Shown here piece after piece: positions 50,651 through 62,695 of a stretch of DNA of 64,000 nt. The stretch lies in assembly GCA_000934665.2 (NCBI GenBank), contig JYFJ02002037.1, positions 1 to 64,000 on the forward strand, in the 5' to 3' direction. The notes under the pieces are model-generated. The model had not been told where the DNA came from. It did not search any database and saw only the letters and a list, made by a program, of their open reading frames with translations. Source of the stretch: Catajapyx aquilonaris (Eukaryota). Made by a program: the position numbers and the translations under genes. Each line of letters begins with the position of its first letter. Position 1 is the first letter of the stretch.

Positions 50651-53600
50651 CGGGCTCGCGAGACGAGATTCTGGCAACATTCAAACATACATCCGGCAAC
50701 CCTGGAATTCCAGGGAGGACCCCTCCCCTGTTCCCCTTGTTCACAAACGGGAGATAGTTGGGGATGGCGGCGGGAGGAGAGGGGAGGGCAAGGGGGTGGG
50801 AAAGAAGGGAATGTGTAGGTATCCCCCACTCATTTCCTTGCTTCAAAAAACTTTGATTTTTTTTTTTGTACTAGTCCGTCAGCCCTTGCACAATCCGGCA
50901 CCCGCGCATTTTAATACGTGACCTTATTAAGAGAGAATTTGTAGTACACGTGACACTGTTGATCATCATTAACGTACCTAGAATAATCAAATCACGGACC
51001 GCCAAATAAAATCCAAAAAAAAAATACGATCCTAAAAAAAATTAAATTTAGTGTCCCACTACTGGCGTTACGGCATCAAAAATAAAACGGTTGACATTAT
51101 GAGAGCTTGGCATGTGATAAACTCCTGGAGTTCCTTTCAGATAACACGGGCATCTTATCTACCACGGAATCCCAAGGTCTACGCCTGAAACATCTCTAAA
51201 TGCCACACATTTTCGGCCGTTTTATCTCCAAGGTGACGACACAGGTCACTGACATACCAACAGAATACGAACTTAGGCGGCCGGCGTTCAAAAAAAAAAA
51301 AAAAAACGTATTAAAAAAAAAAAACGGGCCCGGTTTCAGTTATGCCCGGAATCCATCTTGGTCCGACCCAGACATACTTTGTGCAAACCACCATTGGCTA
51401 ATATGTACTCCGCAAGTTATTTACACGCACAAACTAAGTGGGAGGAGCTGCCCGTTTCCAAAAGAAGATTTTCTGGACCGGGCTCAAAAATGGGCCGCCA
51501 TTTCTCACGTGCCTCGAATTCCGCTCATTCTCACTGCCGAATCGCACCANTCCAATCCCATTTTCAGATTTTGACCCCCTCGAAAAAAAAAAAAAAAAAA
51601 ACATTATTGGCACGAGAAAAAGCTGTTGCCACGCGTTATGCAAGACGCCGCAGTGAAAATATTTTGCACCGCGTTTTTCGCGCGCAAACGACTTTTTCGC
51701 ACTTAATGTATGTATTGGCAAGGATTTTCAAAATATCATTTTTTTTTAATGACCTGCAACCCGGGGAAGGGTACTTGGCATCATCTTTCAAAGCATTCCT
51801 GTTACGTAGCCCCTGTGTGAACTTACGCACCAAGTGCAAGTACGCAGCCAGAAGTACAATGTCTGTTTTTTTTTTTAACTTGCAGATTCGTTGCTTTACC
51901 AGAAGTACAAGGTGTTTCAAAAAAAAACTTGCAGATTCGCATATTGCTTTACCCCCTACCTGAAATGGGAAAATGGCGCCCAGAATGAATGTACTCGGAA
52001 GGCGTCCATCAACATGCGAGCTTTACTTTTTTTTTTTTTACCTCTCTCTCCCTTGCTTGTACCTGGCAGCATTTGATCAGTTCCCCAGAGAACTGGCTGC
52101 GAATCCCACGCATGGTGTTTTAACAACCCCCTTTGGAATATTAAAGCTGCCTCGCTATGGGAAATCCCCGGTTAACTATTTTTTTTAACAGCCTTTAATC
52201 ACTGCAATGAAGCCGCTTGTGTATAAACATGATTATCGAGTGCCCTTTTTTTTAACGAAAAAATCCTAGAAAGCTTGAGAAAATGTATTGGAAACGCGAT
52301 TTCACAATGAACCCTTTGCAACCTGGTTGCACCGGCAACCCACCAAAAAATTGAAGTTATGGAATGCGGGCAACATGTGAATGAAGAGAAATAGCCCAGG
52401 GTTAGAAATAAAACGCATACCAATGCGTGTCATTCCCCGACTTCTTTTATTGGCGCAAAAATGTATCCTCAACCCCCCCTCTATATGTCCAAGAAAGGCG
52501 AGAACACCCCTAACCCCCTTAAAAAAAACAAGAAAAAAAAACGCATTCCTGGCCGCCAGATGGGAACCAAGGTCCTGGGTTCGACCTCCCCCGCCCCGAC
52601 CCTCCACCCCCTTTTCCGCTGCCCCAGGCCATATTTCAAAGCATGCCGAAGATCTTCACGGGCACAAAAAAAAACAAAAAAAAACGCAGACCTTATCAAT
52701 TGTCATTCCACCCATATTTGAAAATATGCACTTTTCACTCTACTTAAAAAATGGTTACGCAAACCATGCGCGATTCAACAAAACTACAGTAAACGGCTCT
52801 CTCACGGGGTCTGAAAAACCAGGCTGGGGGTCACTGACCCTCTTTTTTTTTAATGCGAAGATATTTTTCCTTTCCTTTTAATCTCAGCGGGTGGAAAAAA
52901 CTGAAAAAAAAATTTGTAAAAAAGTGCAGGCTGGAATGGAGGAAGTGGTCCAGAGACTGAGGAGCCTAAAAATACGGCCCAGAATCCGAGAGACAGTCTG
53001 GCGTCTTTTCTGCTCACATACTCAAACGTTTTGCAAGATGTGTGTGTGTGTGTGTGTGTGTGTGGAGGGTGAGCAAGGTCACAATTAGAACCTTTAAAAA
53101 AAAAAAGTCAGGATCGTAAACGCATTTTGGCATATCGTAAAAACCGGCACGAATTATGTCATAAGTCTCATAACATCCCCCCAGTCCTTGTTACGCCAAA
53201 ATTTTTGCCAATTGCAGAATGGAATTTTTTCGATGTCAAGATTTTTGAACCCCACCCACCCCCACCCACAGGAAGCTTGTACCCGCATCAACCCCCAAGA
53301 CGCTCAAAATTTTGGAAGCTTTCCAGACACTTCCGTTCGTTACCCTCCTCTTTTATTCCTGCTGCTATTTTTCCATCTCCGCCTTACGCAAATGCTCATC
53401 ATGGCAATGATATTGCTCACACCAGACCTTGCAATAACATACCCTCATACAGGAAAATGTACCCTATAAACAGTACCTGCTAATTGTTGAATTTAAAATT
53501 GGGCAAATTTATTTAAAAAAAACACACACCGGTCCAATTATTATATTCCAAACAAATGGCGACAGTCCCGTGCAATACAATGGGCTTAAATAAACCTGAA

Positions 53601-56103
53601 TCAGTCTAACTCAATATGTCAGTTGTAAATTAATTAAGCCACTTACATCTCCTTATGTAATCAAGCTGACAATGCAGACAGTTTGAATATAAAAAAGAGC
53701 GCAATAAATGCTGATTATGCAACCGTGGCCACAAAGTGGCTCAACAAAACTCATGGCCAACAAATTGGCAGTCAGATTGTCAGCGGGGGTTGGTTGGGTA
53801 GGGGGGGTGTAGGGGGTGGGTCGGTGGGTGTTTGCTACCTTGAACTGACCCGAGGAGGTCGTAGGGAAGTTTGTGAATCTATAAGCCGAGGAATTGGGGG
53901 AGGGGGGGGGGGGTGAGCCAAGGGGAAGGGGACACCTCACATCTGTCCATGACTTCCTTTTTCTTCAAAAGGAGAAAACCTTCAACTTCCCCGCATTCCT
54001 AAACCAATTCCTGTGACCTCCACGAGGAATTTTTAACATTTTTAGAGGCCGTTTCCTTGCAGTTTTTCCCAGCCCACTTTCGCCTTGGGAATTCGCAATA
54101 ATTTCTCCTAAACGCATTTCAGCTTGGAACATCGATATATATATATATATTTTTTTAAAGTAATGCCCGTACCCTACTAGTGTACACAAAAAATAGGGTG
54201 GACGAATAGTTCATACCGCATATTTCAATTTCAGCGTGGCACATGTGCATGACGCCATGAGCAATCATCCGTTAACCAGAAAATGCCATTCAGATATCAT
54301 CAGATATGTGGTAACTCAGATAATGTCGATGGGATTACAAGTAGTAATGAATCAAGTGTCTATATTTGTTCCGATTTATATGTAACCACTAAAAACCCCC
54401 ACACACAAAACTGAAATTAGGGAAGTGAAATTCAAGCCCATGAGCGGCCTTGCCAAGGTGTGCTGTGCAACGGAATATATGGGCACCATTTTTTTTAAAT
54501 TGCTTTTCATGTCAAGTTCCAACAATGCGGCCAGCGATTACTGACCAAATTAATGTCACGAGAAATCCGATTAGGCTCCAGAATTACGAGGTGGAGTTTT
54601 TAATATGTCTTATTCAATCACCTGTTATCAGGTATCGCAATGAGTGTGTGGCATGCGCCCAACCCGTATTGTTTGGACGAGGTGGGTGTCAAGTGACATG
54701 AAAAGTAGCTATTCAGACGTGCCGCACATTGTTACGGAACAATGTGTATGCTCTAGGAAAAAAAATTATCGTCGCCCTACACATCAGCTCGTAAATCACA
54801 TGTACGCACTCGTCAAACGAGCCTAATCGCCACATTGGTAGTACTACGTCAATGACAAACTAGATATTTCATTGCCCATTCAAAGTACTGGGAAGAAGAA
54901 GAAAAATGTCTGAACAGCTCGAATGACTTTTCGTCAATTCGCTCCTGGTATGGATGGAATGGTACTCAGGAAATACCCATCGTGTTACAAACACGCCTGA
55001 AATTTTACACGTTCCTGTCTGCGTAGTATTGCAGATATTAACACGAACTAGGCTTAATCACACCTTGTACGACCATGTGTGCTGCAATATATCTGAATGT
55101 ATCATGTAATTACTAGGATATATGGCCTGCCTTCCTAACCTTAATCCTAGCCTGTAATTGCACTGGACAAGCAATGCTAAGGTCGCGAATCTTTTCAAGT
55201 GATTTTAATGCATTTTAATGACAGTAATTATTATCCCTGTATTTACCTCAATTTCATGTTATTTCCCGCATCCAAATTGCAAGGCACGTGATTGTACCGT
55301 AAAAAGAAATGCTTTCCTTGTATGTTATCTCAGAATTCCAGGTACACCAGTGAAACTGTCAATTAATTTAGGTATGGCTTCAAAGAACAGGGTTTTTTTT
55401 TTTGGGGGGGGGGGGGGTTTCAACCCATTTTGGTTTGGCGCCGGGCTGATTTTTAAAAAACCAAAACACATTCTTATATCCTTAACTCTTGCATATAAAA
55501 AAAAAACTGCGACTGACCAACTGGTTCTCTCCCGCTTCCTTCGACCCATGCCGCATTCTTCTCCCCAGGTGTCAGCACCCACACCTCCCACCCCCTACAT
55601 TAATGTCACGTTTTTCCTGCCTCCCAAAATCAGAGCCTACGAGAAATTCTTGCACCCTCTTCATTCGACATGTGCGTTGACACACAGTGATGCCACTGAC
55701 CACATAGTAAATCTAGAACATGTGCATCTGACAAATATTTAGGGGTCTGGCATTCCCCCCACATACGACTGTCACATTACTCGTTCCCCCCCTCATTTCT
55801 CGCGGCACGAGGAATTCCATGATCCTATCGCTGACGTCGATCCATGTGGCCCATCCCTCCCTTGGTAAGAATGTCACCTGTCCTCCCATGGAATGTGTCC
55901 TCAAAAATCAGCATGTACCTGTCTCTTGGGTCGATCCATGTGGTCTGTCTCTTGTTGTGGTCGATGAAGTACAGCTTCCCGTCATAATCCTGTCCGACAT
56001 CCCAACCGGCCGGAAGCGGGATGGACCCCCCAATCCCTGGTCCCATCCCGTCTCCATTGCACCTACTGCTCCTGCTGTTGCCGCTGCTGTTGCTCCGGGG
56101 CAT
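35875..56103 (-). CDS. kibra: Kibra / WW and C2 domain-containing protein (Hippo pathway); complement(join(35875..36115,37854..38566,38798..38994,39570..40033,40117..40203,41152..42005,42796..43276,44491..44650,47195..47303,50003..50097,50193..50302,55919..56103)), 1231 aa
   Basis: Two WW domains ([55 protein letters not shown]), coiled coils, Hippo-type [14 protein letters not shown], a C2 domain (exons 8-9), an acidic tract, the aPKC-binding region ([21 protein letters not shown]), [15 protein letters not shown] and a PDZ-binding C-terminus DRDLGVQV. All 11 introns are GT-AG with consistent phases. Total 3696 nt. Confidence 0.96.
37252..37825. mobile_element. Tigger/pogo-like MITE in the last kibra intron
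   Basis: TA flanks; TIR CAGTAAAACTTCT(T/A)TAAGTCGAA; internal taactcgaa repeats. Confidence 0.82.
40559..40987. mobile_element. Tc1-like MITE in kibra intron 7
   Basis: TA flanks; TIR of about 110 bp starting CAGGGTGAAGGGAAACTCG. Confidence 0.85.
42259..42507. mobile_element. MITE with AATT flanks (Sola-like) in kibra intron 6
   Basis: TIR GAAGGGGTCGGTGCAATAC(C/T)GCCCTAACCC; AATT at 42255..42258 and 42508..42511. Superfamily assignment is tentative. Confidence 0.7.
44843..45590. mobile_element. Degenerate Tc1-like non-autonomous element
   Basis: Left end CAGGGTGTTCCAATTGAAA; right subterminal gtaacttcttaaaa..gcagcttagtgccaaaaaattgct, also seen at about 31665..31742. Confidence 0.5.
45827..45897. 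repeat. (TA)n microsatellite
   Basis: Direct reading. Confidence 0.95.
49002..49016 (+). promoter_or_regulatory. Tandem Scalloped/TEAD site CATTCC-NNN-CATTCC in kibra intron 3
   Basis: Sequence gCATTCCttaCATTCCt; a 3-nt spacer is the known cooperative TEAD arrangement; kibra is a known Yorkie/Scalloped target. Confidence 0.55.
50581..50648. repeat. (GA)n microsatellite in kibra intron 1
   Basis: Direct reading. Confidence 0.95.
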
Positions 56104-56732
56104 CGTCCGAATAACCCGCGCGCGGACAAGACACCCATGCACTTCACCTACGCTGAACCACTTTGTAGGCGCGGGCTTATGCTACTGGCCCCCGCGGTCT
56201 GCCTCACCACCACTCCGATCACACAGACACCCCGCGCGGGACCACCGATTCACGCACACATCGCACCCACACCACAGCCTCCCAACTACGGGTCCGCTCT
56301 GGGGGCCATCTTGAGAAAAAATGGCCATTCGCTGCCTGCCAGACTGCACTAGGGGGAATTCAAGGGAGGGGAGGGGGGGAGGTTTGAATCCTCCAGGGGT
56401 GGGGGGGAGGATGGGAATGTGATAGCGTAGCGGTTATTTTTAGGTAGCTGTTGGAAGTAGCGGCTACTAGAGGGAGTCGACAGTACATTCCGGGGAAGCC
56501 TTTCATTTTATCAGTGCATTCCGAGTGGGAAATGCTTTCTTGGAGGTATGCAGCCAGCTCTGATGGATAAAGGACCGAGCCGTGGACCGAGCTAAAAAAA
56601 ATAATTAAAAGAATAAATACACTCATAAGCAGGCGCGAAATCAAAAATGGGCCAGCAGATTAGTTTTATTATGATTTTTTGAGGGTCTATCCCACGTCAC
56701 GGCACGTCATTCTGGCGTCAACCTCATGCATA

Positions 56733-56827
56733 CTGCCAAACCCCAAGTGGTCCCCGCAACCGGCGGATACAGCCCTATCTTCAGCGGATACACATGAGCC
56801 GGTTGCGGGGACCACTTGGGGTTTGCC
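56733..56827. repeat. Short hairpin element upstream of kibra
   Basis: Arms caaaccccaagtggtccccgcaaccggc / gccggttgcggggaccacttggggtttg; the loop resembles the reverse complement of the gtgtatccgctgaagatagg core of the 30473 MITE. Confidence 0.75.
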
Positions 56828-56860
56828 TATATGCCAACCCTATTTCCTCCAGCCTAACGT

Positions 56861-57202
56861 CAGGGAGCATATACTACATAAGAGGCGCAAACTTCTGTAG
56901 GCGCCTTTGATGTTCGCGTCTCTCTGTTTATGGCGTTGCCAAGGCTGGCGGCCATTTTGAAGTGTGTGGAACGCCAACGAGGCATAAATAGGGTCCGCCA
57001 TCTTTGATGGTTTTGGCGGCCATGGCAACTACACGGCAATAACACGCGCTAATCAAAGATGGCGGACCCTATTTTTGCCTGTACCCTATTTATACCTCGT
57101 TGGCGTTCCACACACTTCAAAATGGCCGCCAGCCTGGGCAACGCCATAAACAGAGAGACGCGGAAATCGAATGTTGGCGCCTCTTTATATGTATGCTCCC
57201 TG
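56861..57202. mobile_element. Palindromic MITE with 7-bp TSD (P-element-like ends)
   Basis: TIR CAGGGAGCATA; arms of about 150 bp; flanks ctaacgt / gtaacgt. Confidence 0.75.
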
Positions 57203-58180
57203 GTAACGTACTGTACATTACAGACGACCCTCATAAAATTATTTTTCTCCATTCCACAGTTTGTTATTCGAGCATCCATCCTCAAAAATTCGAGGCTGGA
57301 CCAAGAATCTGAAGAATCGGAAACATCCTTAGGAGTAGTAAACACGAGTAAACAACCTAGCTATATCAGAAGATGAGGAATTCAAAAAGACGTAGGTACA
57401 CAGGGGACGGACATTCCGCAATACAGTACGAGATTCACCCAAAATTCCTTATGATGAAAAGAAACAACGCAAAACATGAATGACGTCCACATATTTTATT
57501 CCATACCGTAGAATGCAGATTCAGATAATAAAATCACTTTTATTACATCTTTGTACCTCATATCTCCTGAAAGAAATGGCTATAAAAATTCCGGCGCCCT
57601 TTAAGACGGCCCACGAGGCATTGCGTTGATAACCACCATTTTCCGTCGACTTTTATGCATTAATATCCAGGTGAAAACATAATACCGGCGATCAGTTTAG
57701 CCGCTACTTTGGAACAGTTATGAGTTTCTCCACTAGCAGGAGGGGGGGATGGAGGAAGGGAGAGGAGAATGTGACGTCACAGACCAAGTTCCCCTTCTGG
57801 GCCAATCCACGCCCCGGATTCCTGTGCGAAGGAATGCGGCTCATTTGCATCGACACCCAACCACCCCCTCACACCCCAGCCCCCGTCCTACCTACCCTCC
57901 GGCCATATTATCCAAGCATATTTCCCTTATCCCGTCTCCCCCCACCCTGTCTCCCAACCCCGACTCGTCCTACCAGCCTCAAGCGCTCTACGCAACTGAG
58001 TTACGCACGCGAGTGACGTTAGAGCGCCAACTACGAATGAGGCGCGCCGCTCTTTCTTGGAACTCGCTGTGTTGCTGGCGGGCCAATCTTGGAGGTATTT
58101 TATGATGATTAAAAATGCACATGTGCTGATTTTCTATTAATTTCATGGTTAAATCGTAAACAGACTGGAGGATTGGGGGT

Positions 58181-58500
58181 GGCCGGCGCTGGTGGTCTGG
58201 TGGGGTTAGCGCGCTAGCCTCTAGACCCGTGGGTTCGAACCCGGCCGAGGTCGGTGACTTTTCTCCGGGTGGTAGAAAAGTGAGAGTGCGCCTTCCTTCG
58301 GAGGGGAAGTAAAGCCGTCTCGGTCCCGTGTGCTTGTGACATTACGCGAGTGCACGTTAAAGATCCCCAGAGTGGCCAAATTTCCAGGAGAAGGAGCGCC
58401 CCCTGGCGTCGGTGTTTAGCCTCAGCAGCAGAAATAGGCCCCACCAGGAGTGGCCCCACTGATAAGGTGGAGGATTGGTCTCTCTCAGCCAAAGTAATAT
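58181..58500 (+). mobile_element. tRNA-derived SINE family C
   Basis: A-box TGGTCTGGTGG and B-box GGTTCGAACCC, followed by a SINE-like body (ccttccttcggaggggaagtaaagccgtc). 3' end uncertain. Confidence 0.7.
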
Positions 58501-58703
58501 ATATGGGAGGGGGGGATCTGGTTCAGTAATGGATTTTTATTATTTTAGGGGCGGTAGCCCCTAAGTAAGGCCGTACAACAATTTTCAACAATTAATTTTT
58601 TCAACATCTTCTTGTTGTTGTTGTTACGCTTTTTTTATTCGCCCAAACTCAAGTTCTGCTGTTGGTAGAGCTTCCACATTTTGAACACAGATCCCCACCG
58701 TCG

Positions 58704-59036
58704 CACAGTGGGGTATTTGGGCCGAAAAGTTGGTCGAAATTTTTTCTGTCGGCTTTTGCTTCTAAAATGCTCTGATTCATTAATTTATGAAGTAATAGGG
58801 GAAGTAAAGTAGTTTTTGGTGAGAAAAAGGCTGGCAGTATAAGTGGACCTTTACTGGCACAAGCAATATGTACGAATTACTCCATTTCGTAAGAAACGAT
58901 TGCGGATTTCTCATGAATCGTAGCCAATTTTGGGTTTTTATTGTCATATTCGTGATCAGAACCTTCAAATCATTAAGAAATGACTACTTAAGTCGGCAAC
59001 GCCGGCAATAGAAGCGGACCTTTACTACTGGTAACT

Positions 59037-59107
<71 letters not shown>

Positions 59108-59901
59108 CTAGTCAGTTATGTAAAAAAAACTATTACGGATTCCTCAGGATTCGTAGCCAATTTTGGATTTTCATTGTCATATTCGTGATCAGCACATTGA
59201 AATCTTGAATAAATGTCTACTTTAATCTTGAAGTTTGACTTGTTGTATCAAGTCATATAATTGTCTCCATACCATGACTTTGACTCCTGATGACCCTAGT
59301 TGAAAGAGAGAGAAAAAAATAGTCGGAAAAAAGAGATGCAAAAATTTACGTTAACAGCACAGGAGAAAAATGAGGGGGGAAATGAAAAGGCGCGAAATGG
59401 CGCGTCAGATTCTTTCCTAGCTATAAAATAGAAAGCTGACTCTTCAAAATGTCATAAATAAGACAGATGGATCAGAGTGGGAACCATAACTTAATCATGT
59501 TTGAATATTTCACATTTGGCGAAAAAATTATTGCATAATTTCGAGGACTAATAATTACTTATAGCCTAGTCATATTATTGTAAGAAATTCTTTAAAATGA
59601 AGTACACACCTTCTTCTGAAGCTTCCATATTGGAACAGTTCACATATATTTTGTATAACTGAAAACAACACTAATGAATGTGTCGCGCCGTAAATTGCGC
59701 TTGAAATTAGCTAAATAATACGCGAACTGTCTTCAACTTTCAACTGCTGGTACAGACGAAGGGTTACACCTATGAGAAGTACAACTGTATGTCATAATAG
59801 ACTCGTCATTCATCTGATCCAGGAAACAAATTTTATTGGAATCCGTAACATTCAAAAAAATCAAATTTTGTCCAGCTTTTGAGGCCAAATACTACACTGT
59901 G
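58704..59901. mobile_element. Non-autonomous Transib element
   Basis: Both ends start CACAGTG; imperfect ~40-bp TIRs; 5-bp TSD cgtcg/cgtca; empty site near 31383..31390; internal direct repeat and (TA)n at about 59039..59104; no transposase ORF. Confidence 0.85.
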
Positions 59902-60262
59902 CGTCATGAAGTGCATTCCTACCATTTGCAGCTAAACTCAATTCCTCTTCAAAATGCCGCAAAAATTTTAAAATCACTAAAATATACGGTTCTATTTTTT
60001 TGCTCAATAACTATTCGGAATTTGGTTTCTTCATCAAAGGGCCGAATGAGCAGTAGGATGGTGCAGATCTATGTTCAAAACCTCACAGTTCCACCTCCTG
60101 CAGGATTGAAGTTATGCTTTTTTTCACAAAAATTTTTCCATCAAATACTTCATTTGTTCATGATTCCATCACCTAGCAATGTCAATTCTTATTTACACCT
60201 CGCCATATTGTTAGAGCGAAATGTTACCCCACTGCTTTGGAGTGAACGGATTGTACTCATTA

Positions 60263-60992
60263 CAGTTGAATCCGGATATAACAGCCTCGGCTATAACTAC
60301 AGACTTTTGGTTATAAAGGCCGGTCCCGACATGCTTCGTCCATAAGGCCCCGTGTATTTTACTCCCAATTAACGGACTCATTTTCACCTCACCTCGGGTA
60401 GAGCACACCATTTCTTGGCCCTCGGTGGGAAAATATAGTTTTCCAGATACAAAATTTGCACAAAGGAGACGGCAGAAGAAAATTACGGATATTTTGGTCC
60501 TTTATCATTTTCGGGTGAGCTAATGTTATTAAATTTTTGACAGATTTCATTAATCGGTATGTAGTCTAGTAGTGCATATTGCAGCCATATTACCGAAGCA
60601 GGTTGGTGTAGGGGATAAGGAGCCGGCCTGCTAATCGGGAGGTCCTGGGTTCGAGTCCCGGGCCCGGAAACCCTGACCATGGTTTTCTGTGGTTTTCCAT
60701 GGTCCCCCCAGGACAATTCCGGGGTCGTTTCCATAAAAATAGGCCACAGCCTCTTCCTTCCTTCCCTATCCCTGGTCCCATCCAATGGTGGTAATCCACG
60801 CCCCTAAGGGAGCCAAAGGCTCTAGCACGGGGTATGATAAATAAAATAAATTAATTAATAAATAAAATATTGCAGCCATATTGAAAGCAGAAATCTCTGT
60901 TTTCATTGTGTGGCGAATTGGCTATAACAGACCTCGGTTATAACAAACTTTTTCCGCAGTCTCTTGAAGTTTGTTTTATCTGGATTCAAGTG
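60263..60992. mobile_element. Tigger-like MITE (paralog of 30305..31031) interrupted by a SINE
   Basis: Termini CAGTTGAATCCGGATATAAC / GTTTTATCTGGATTCAAGTG with TA flanks. Confidence 0.8.
60592..60866 (+). mobile_element. tRNA-derived SINE family A, full length
   Basis: A-box TGGTGTAGGGG, B-box GGTTCGAGTCCC, A/T-rich tail, 16-bp TSD atattgcagccatatt (60576..60591, 60867..60882). Confidence 0.9.
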
Positions 60993-61613
60993 TACCATTA
61001 ACCCCTTCGCTACCGGCTATATCGCCATTGCCATTGCCATCACCAGGTATTACCAGCCAACTCTTAAGCTGATTTAATTATTAAATTATGCTACAGTATA
61101 TGCTGAATATCTACCTTGAGAAACGTGCCAGACGAATTTGCTGAAATCGTCGCATTTCGCGAAAATTAAGTAAGGTTGGGAGTTTTCAGATGTGACGGAG
61201 GCAAGTCGCAGATAAGTATTGATTGAATTCTTGCAAAGTACCACGATTTCATCAAATTCGTCTGGTACAGTTCTCAATGTACATATTCCGTATATTTTAG
61301 AGTATAGGCTATTTCATGATAATTAAATCACACTAACCGTTGGCTGGTAGCATTCGACTTTCGTTTTTTTTACGACTATCTCTGTGAAAGTCATTTAGGG
61401 ACTTCTAAGCGACAAAATCATCTCCAATACATTCATAGTGCAGACTGTATAGTGTAGAGCATAAACGTGTTAGTATGATATGATCCTGCATGTATCACTG
61501 TAGCTGTTATTATTTGTAAAATATCTTGTCCTTGTCTTCAGAGTACGTGTAAGCGACAACCTAGACGATTGCAGTATATCTGGTATTGCGAAGGGGTTTA
61601 AAAAAAGAACTGA

Positions 61614-62394
61614 AATAAGAGCAAAAACATTCCCTTGAGTGAAAAAAGGGTAATAAGACCTCCGTGGCGGAATGAAAGTACTGAAACAAGGCAGGCGCAC
61701 GTAAGACCTTCACCAATTGATTTAAGCTGTACCATAGGTCTTACTCAAGCAATTCTAAAGTACTGTATGGAAGGGCTCGTAAAAATTACTGCTGCAAACT
61801 ACTCAGAGCAGTATGTAGGGTTTTATTTTGAAAAGAAAAAAAATGGGAAAAAAACTAAACCCATCCTAACAGACTTGGCTCAATCGAAAAGACCCTCTCA
61901 AATTCGCCAATTAGCGTTTATATGTGAAAAGTTAAACATTAGAGTTAAAATCAGCATCTAAAAGGGGTGACGATTCTTCATTATGAATGTTTCATGGCAA
62001 TAATTTGCACCAATCGTATAGAAATTCAATGTGCTTAATATTGAAGTTCCTAATTTCAGAAAACACTTATATGGAGTGGCTCATGGAAAATTAATGGGTG
62101 GAATTTTCGTTGTAGTACTAGTAACTATAGTTACTGGTAATTTAGCAGTACCATTGCACTACACTGGTACTGCTAAGTTAGAAGTAACTAGTAGTACGAC
62201 GAAAATTCCACAAATTGTTTTCGGTAAGGAGACTTCATGAGCAGTAAATTGGAAATTGCTTGAGTAAGACCTATGGTACAGCTTAAATCAATTGGTGAAG
62301 GTCTTACGTGCGCCTGCCTTGTTTCAGTACTTTCATTCAGCCACGGAGGTCTTACTACCCTTTTTTCACTCAAGGGAATGTTTTTGCTCTTATT
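61614..62394. repeat. 141-bp inverted repeat pair (61614..61754 and 62254..62394) with ~500-bp spacer
   Basis: Arms differ at only two positions by eye; a more diverged copy lies at about 28506..28630. Confidence 0.88.
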
Positions 62395-62421
62395 ATATTT
62401 CCTTTTCATCAGATGACATAC

Positions 62422-62695
62422 TCCACTAATCCTTCTAGACCCCACTGCCGAAGGGTCATCTTCTTCTTCAACCTCCTCAGACATGGCCACCACCATCTCT
62501 TCCTCCTCCTCCTCCTCCTCCTCCGCTTCCGCCTTCTTGATCTCACCAAGTGTGTCTTGTATGAGAGTAGAGTCATCATCAAAGCAAGAAGGGGTCTCCT
62601 CCTTCAAGAGAATCTGCCAGGTCTGCTCTGTTGTGATCTCACCATCTTCTTCATTCACTTCCTCCTCCTGTATCTTCAGGATCAAAGACATGGTC
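62422..62695 (-). CDS. Putative internal exon of an unidentified gene (very acidic peptide); rest of gene probably beyond the window end
   Basis: Acceptor gtgtttgcag at 62696, open acidic frame (QEEEVNEEDGEITTEQTWQILLKEETP...EEEEEEEEE), candidate donor GTATGT at 62421. Exon-like composition, but no recognisable domain and no downstream exon found. Confidence 0.45.

Noticed and set aside
51200..53483. ORFs up to 201 aa in kibra intron 1
   Set aside because: Built on poly-A/T homopolymers, non-ATG starts in several, no recognisable protein features.
60592..60670. tRNA-like sequences (also near 200, 8130, 16655 and 58185)
   Set aside because: Each continues into a SINE-like body, most with tail and TSD; no complete cloverleaf or Pol III terminator.
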